Part shown: one piece after another, positions 62,260 to 64,000 of the stretch
Numbering within the stretch: position 1 is the stretch's first letter
Layout of the letters: the number at the start of each line of letters is the position of its first letter
DNA from: Ignavibacteriaceae bacterium
GTDB taxonomy: Bacteria; Bacteroidota; Ignavibacteria; Ignavibacteriales; Ignavibacteriaceae
Length of the DNA: 64,000 nt
Direction: 5' to 3'
NCBI GenBank assembly: GCA_023231105.1
Contig: JALNWB010000001.1
Location: 18,276 to 82,275 of the forward strand
Notes under the pieces: generated by a model
Seen by the model: only the letters and a program-made list of their open reading frames with translations
The model's database searches: none
What the model was told of the DNA's origin: nothing
Position numbers and translations under genes: made by a program

Positions 62260-63047
62260 TGACTTACAACCAATACAAAAGTGATCTTGAAACCTCCTTG
62301 ATGGTAGTAAGTTATCTTATTGGCAATGTTGAGGCAAATGTAACAGATGAATTCGACACAATTAATTACGCTGAGGTGTTATTAAATTTAAACATTCTCC
62401 AACAAAGGGTTAAAAGATTATTGTCAGCTCATAAATTTTTGAAAGTGAGTGAAGAAGAATTTTCGATGATGTTTGAGGGGAAAACTAATAGATCGATTGA
62501 AATTATACACAATGTTACAGGTTATGATTCTTTGATGAGCATTGCAAAGAAATACAACATTACCGAAGAGCAAATACTACAGAAGAACAATGTTTTAAGC
62601 AGTGAAATAATCGCCGGTATGCAGTTAGTAGTTGAAGTTGAGAGCAGCAAAGGTCTGAACAAGATTTATGAGCAGATTGCAGTTTATGGAAGCCAAATAG
62701 GAACGGAAATTTTAGGAACGGATTTACCAAATGAACTTGTCGAAAACGGTGTTGGAGATCTGAAAATATTAACGAATGAAGAAACCGTTAGCCAGGGAGT
62801 GCAGAACAGAATTTATACGAAGGCGGGCGATTATCCGTTGGAACCAAATTTTGGGATAGAGCTTGCGGGAAGTGAGATACCGGCGGATTTAATGAACGGA
62901 ATGTTAATGCTAAAAATAGTTGATCAACTTGAAAATGATTTACGCATAAGTGATGTTGAAAGCTTAGAGATTGAAAAAGCCGGAAATGCTTTAATAATAA
63001 CTGCGGCAGTGAGAACAATTAATAACCAAATATTGGAAATAAAATAA
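62259..63047 (+). CDS. LysM domain fused to gp25/GPW-like baseplate wedge domain
   Basis: The LysM domain is VTGYDSLMSIAKKYNITEEQILQKNNVLSSEIIAGMQLVV. The gp25-like segment is QNRIYTKAGDYPLEPNFGIELAGSEIP. Confidence 0.7.
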   Translation: MTYNQYKSDLETSLMVVSYLIGNVEANVTDEFDTINYAEVLLNLNILQQRVKRLLSAHKFLKVSEEEFSMMFEGKTNRSIEIIHNVTGYDSLMSIAKKYNITEEQILQKNNVLSSEIIAGMQLVVEVESSKGLNKIYEQIAVYGSQIGTEILGTDLPNELVENGVGDLKILTNEETVSQGVQNRIYTKAGDYPLEPNFGIELAGSEIPADLMNGMLMLKIVDQLENDLRISDVESLEIEKAGNALIITAAVRTINNQILEIK

Positions 63048-63376
63048 TGAATACGAAAGAATACACAGATTTAACTTTTGTCGGTACAGACAGTCCGGCA
63101 ATATATTTAGCAAAACATATTCTAACGGCATTAGTTATACCGGTTGATACTGATTATGACGGAAAGAGTTTAACCGTAAAAGCCGGGAACTCAACAACCG
63201 ATCTTAAACAAGTTTACGATCAGGACGGCGATGCGGTGGTAATACAAATAGGAAGCAATAGGTATATTTTTCTTGATCTGCAAAATTTTGCCGGAGCAAC
63301 TTATTTACAATTTGTTGCAAGTGCATCTTTAGACGGAAAGACGATAAAAGCCGTAACATTTAACACACAAGAATAA
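63047..63376 (+). CDS. hypothetical baseplate-region protein
   Basis: It is coupled to the upstream gene (TAATG). Confidence 0.45.
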   Translation: MNTKEYTDLTFVGTDSPAIYLAKHILTALVIPVDTDYDGKSLTVKAGNSTTDLKQVYDQDGDAVVIQIGSNRYIFLDLQNFAGATYLQFVASASLDGKTIKAVTFNTQE

Positions 63377-63389
63377 CAGTGTATTAACA

Positions 63390-63503
63390 ATGAAAATCTT
63401 ATTGCTAATAAACAGACTAAAACAATATTTAAAAAAATATCTCCTCGATGAAACTAAAAAATTCATCCGGGATGAGAACGGAAATCATATACAAGGAGAT
63501 TAG
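63390..63503 (+). CDS. possible small ORF (37 aa)
   Basis: An ATG-to-TAG ORF fills the gap. It is weakly supported. Confidence 0.2.
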   Translation: MKILLLINRLKQYLKKYLLDETKKFIRDENGNHIQGD

Positions 63504-63505
63504 AA

Positions 63506-64000
63506 ATGCCTAAGATAAGTGAATATACAGAATTAGTAACCCCTACCGATGACGACCTATTGATAACGGTAAGCGCAGGCGTTACAAAAAAAATAAAACG
63601 AGCAAATTTTTTAGGGAAAACATTGAATTACATTGGCATTGCCGGAACCACCGGTTTTGGTGTTGGTATTTGTCCGAATACTTTGCCCGCAGGGATGCTT
63701 CCTCTTGTTGGTTATGACGTTATTGGTCACGACCAATACGGAAACTACCAATACAGTGACGGCAGTATAATGGTTTGGGTGCCGAAATTTTATTACAAAG
63801 TCTTGCATGACGGTTCAACGAATATTAACAAAGTGCTTATTGCCAGCGTTTATGATTACGAGAACGAAACAGCCGCTAATGCAGCCGGATATGCTCTACA
63901 CCGCGCTTTCATTGACGGCGGAGTAATTAAAGATGGCTTCTTTATTGATAAGTACAAATGGAGCTTAACGGCTTTTGTTAACGGTAGCGCGGGCATAGCC
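63506..64000 (+). CDS. tail fibre / receptor-binding protein, 3'-truncated at window edge
   Basis: AAGGAG lies 5 nt upstream of the ATG. The N-terminus MPKISEYTELVTPTDDDLLITVSAGVTKKIK matches the common fibre/tailspike N-terminal anchor motif (IS.L........DL......G.TKK). The frame is open to the end of the window. Confidence 0.55.
   Translation, partial: MPKISEYTELVTPTDDDLLITVSAGVTKKIKRANFLGKTLNYIGIAGTTGFGVGICPNTLPAGMLPLVGYDVIGHDQYGNYQYSDGSIMVWVPKFYYKVLHDGSTNINKVLIASVYDYENETAANAAGYALHRAFIDGGVIKDGFFIDKYKWSLTAFVNGSAGIA

Noticed and set aside
502-63808. About 90 minus-strand ORFs of 60-195 aa are listed in the ORF track (for example 502-927, 23159-23746, 25021-25593, 31356-31847, 8916-9410).
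   Set aside because: Every one lies entirely inside a longer + strand ORF that has recognisable domains or good SD/start context. Their translations are low-complexity Leu/Ser/Phe-rich strings, as expected from the antisense of an A/G-rich coding strand. None has an SD-like site. I treat them as shadow frames.
1-64000. I looked for tRNA, rRNA or other structured RNA genes in the longer intergenic gaps (11958-12148, 36315-36574, 47494-47712, 49168-49330, 55351-55521).
   Set aside because: I saw no cloverleaf-compatible sequence, for example no GTTCGAATC-type T-arm with matching acceptor stems. The gaps are accounted for by terminators, promoters and hairpin elements. A tRNAscan-SE or Infernal run would be the definitive check.
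1-64000. I looked for prophage boundaries, an integrase or a lysogeny module.
   Set aside because: The window contains no tyrosine or serine recombinase motifs, no CI/Cro-like divergent pair, no att-like flanking repeats and no host genes. Lysogenic versus lytic lifestyle cannot be decided from this segment.

Overview
The window is a continuous stretch of a tailed dsDNA phage genome with a contractile tail. It could be a free phage or a prophage interior, because no integrase, attachment site or host gene is visible. Every credible gene is on the + strand, and the minus-strand ORFs in the track look like shadow frames. The layout has three parts. (1) About 1-17.4 kb holds early, replication and DNA-modification genes: a DUF5131/Gp37-Gp68 protein, a MazG-like protein, a HerA/FtsK-like ATPase, a DUF4373 replication-organiser-like protein, SSB, a putative small terminase and TerL, a large SPPY DNA methyltransferase coupled to a small Vsr/DUF559-like nuclease, and many small ORFs. 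(2) About 17.5-47.5 kb holds head morphogenesis genes (portal, MuF/SPP1-gp7-like protein, prohead protease-scaffold fusion, major capsid protein). This module is interrupted by three giant polyvalent multi-effector proteins of 1698, 2038 and 1342 aa, which carry ParB-like, ADP-ribosyltransferase-like, DarB-like methylase-helicase and Zeta-toxin-like domains, and by a DPPY methyltransferase. (3) About 49.3-64 kb holds tail genes: sheath, tube, a G/GT chaperone pair with an A9G -1 slippery site, tape measure, baseplate proteins including a LysM-gp25 fusion, and the start of a fibre gene. Several layers of sequence structure are not explained by the genes. A roughly 40-nt regulatory element (TCAAATTTCAACCCTTCGGAGA-N12-YTAAAT) is copied five times in front of structural operons. 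Tandem heptanucleotide arrays (AATTAGG, CAGTCGG and TTGAAAG types) occur both in intergenic junctions and inside coding regions, where they encode linkers. A leader-plus-linker cassette recurs and delimits the effector modules of the polyvalent proteins. A perfect 31-bp direct repeat is read in two frames inside the SPPY methylase. Two self-contained gene cassettes with their own promoters, operators and terminators are inserted in the structural region. All functional calls come from reading motifs by eye, and no database search was run.
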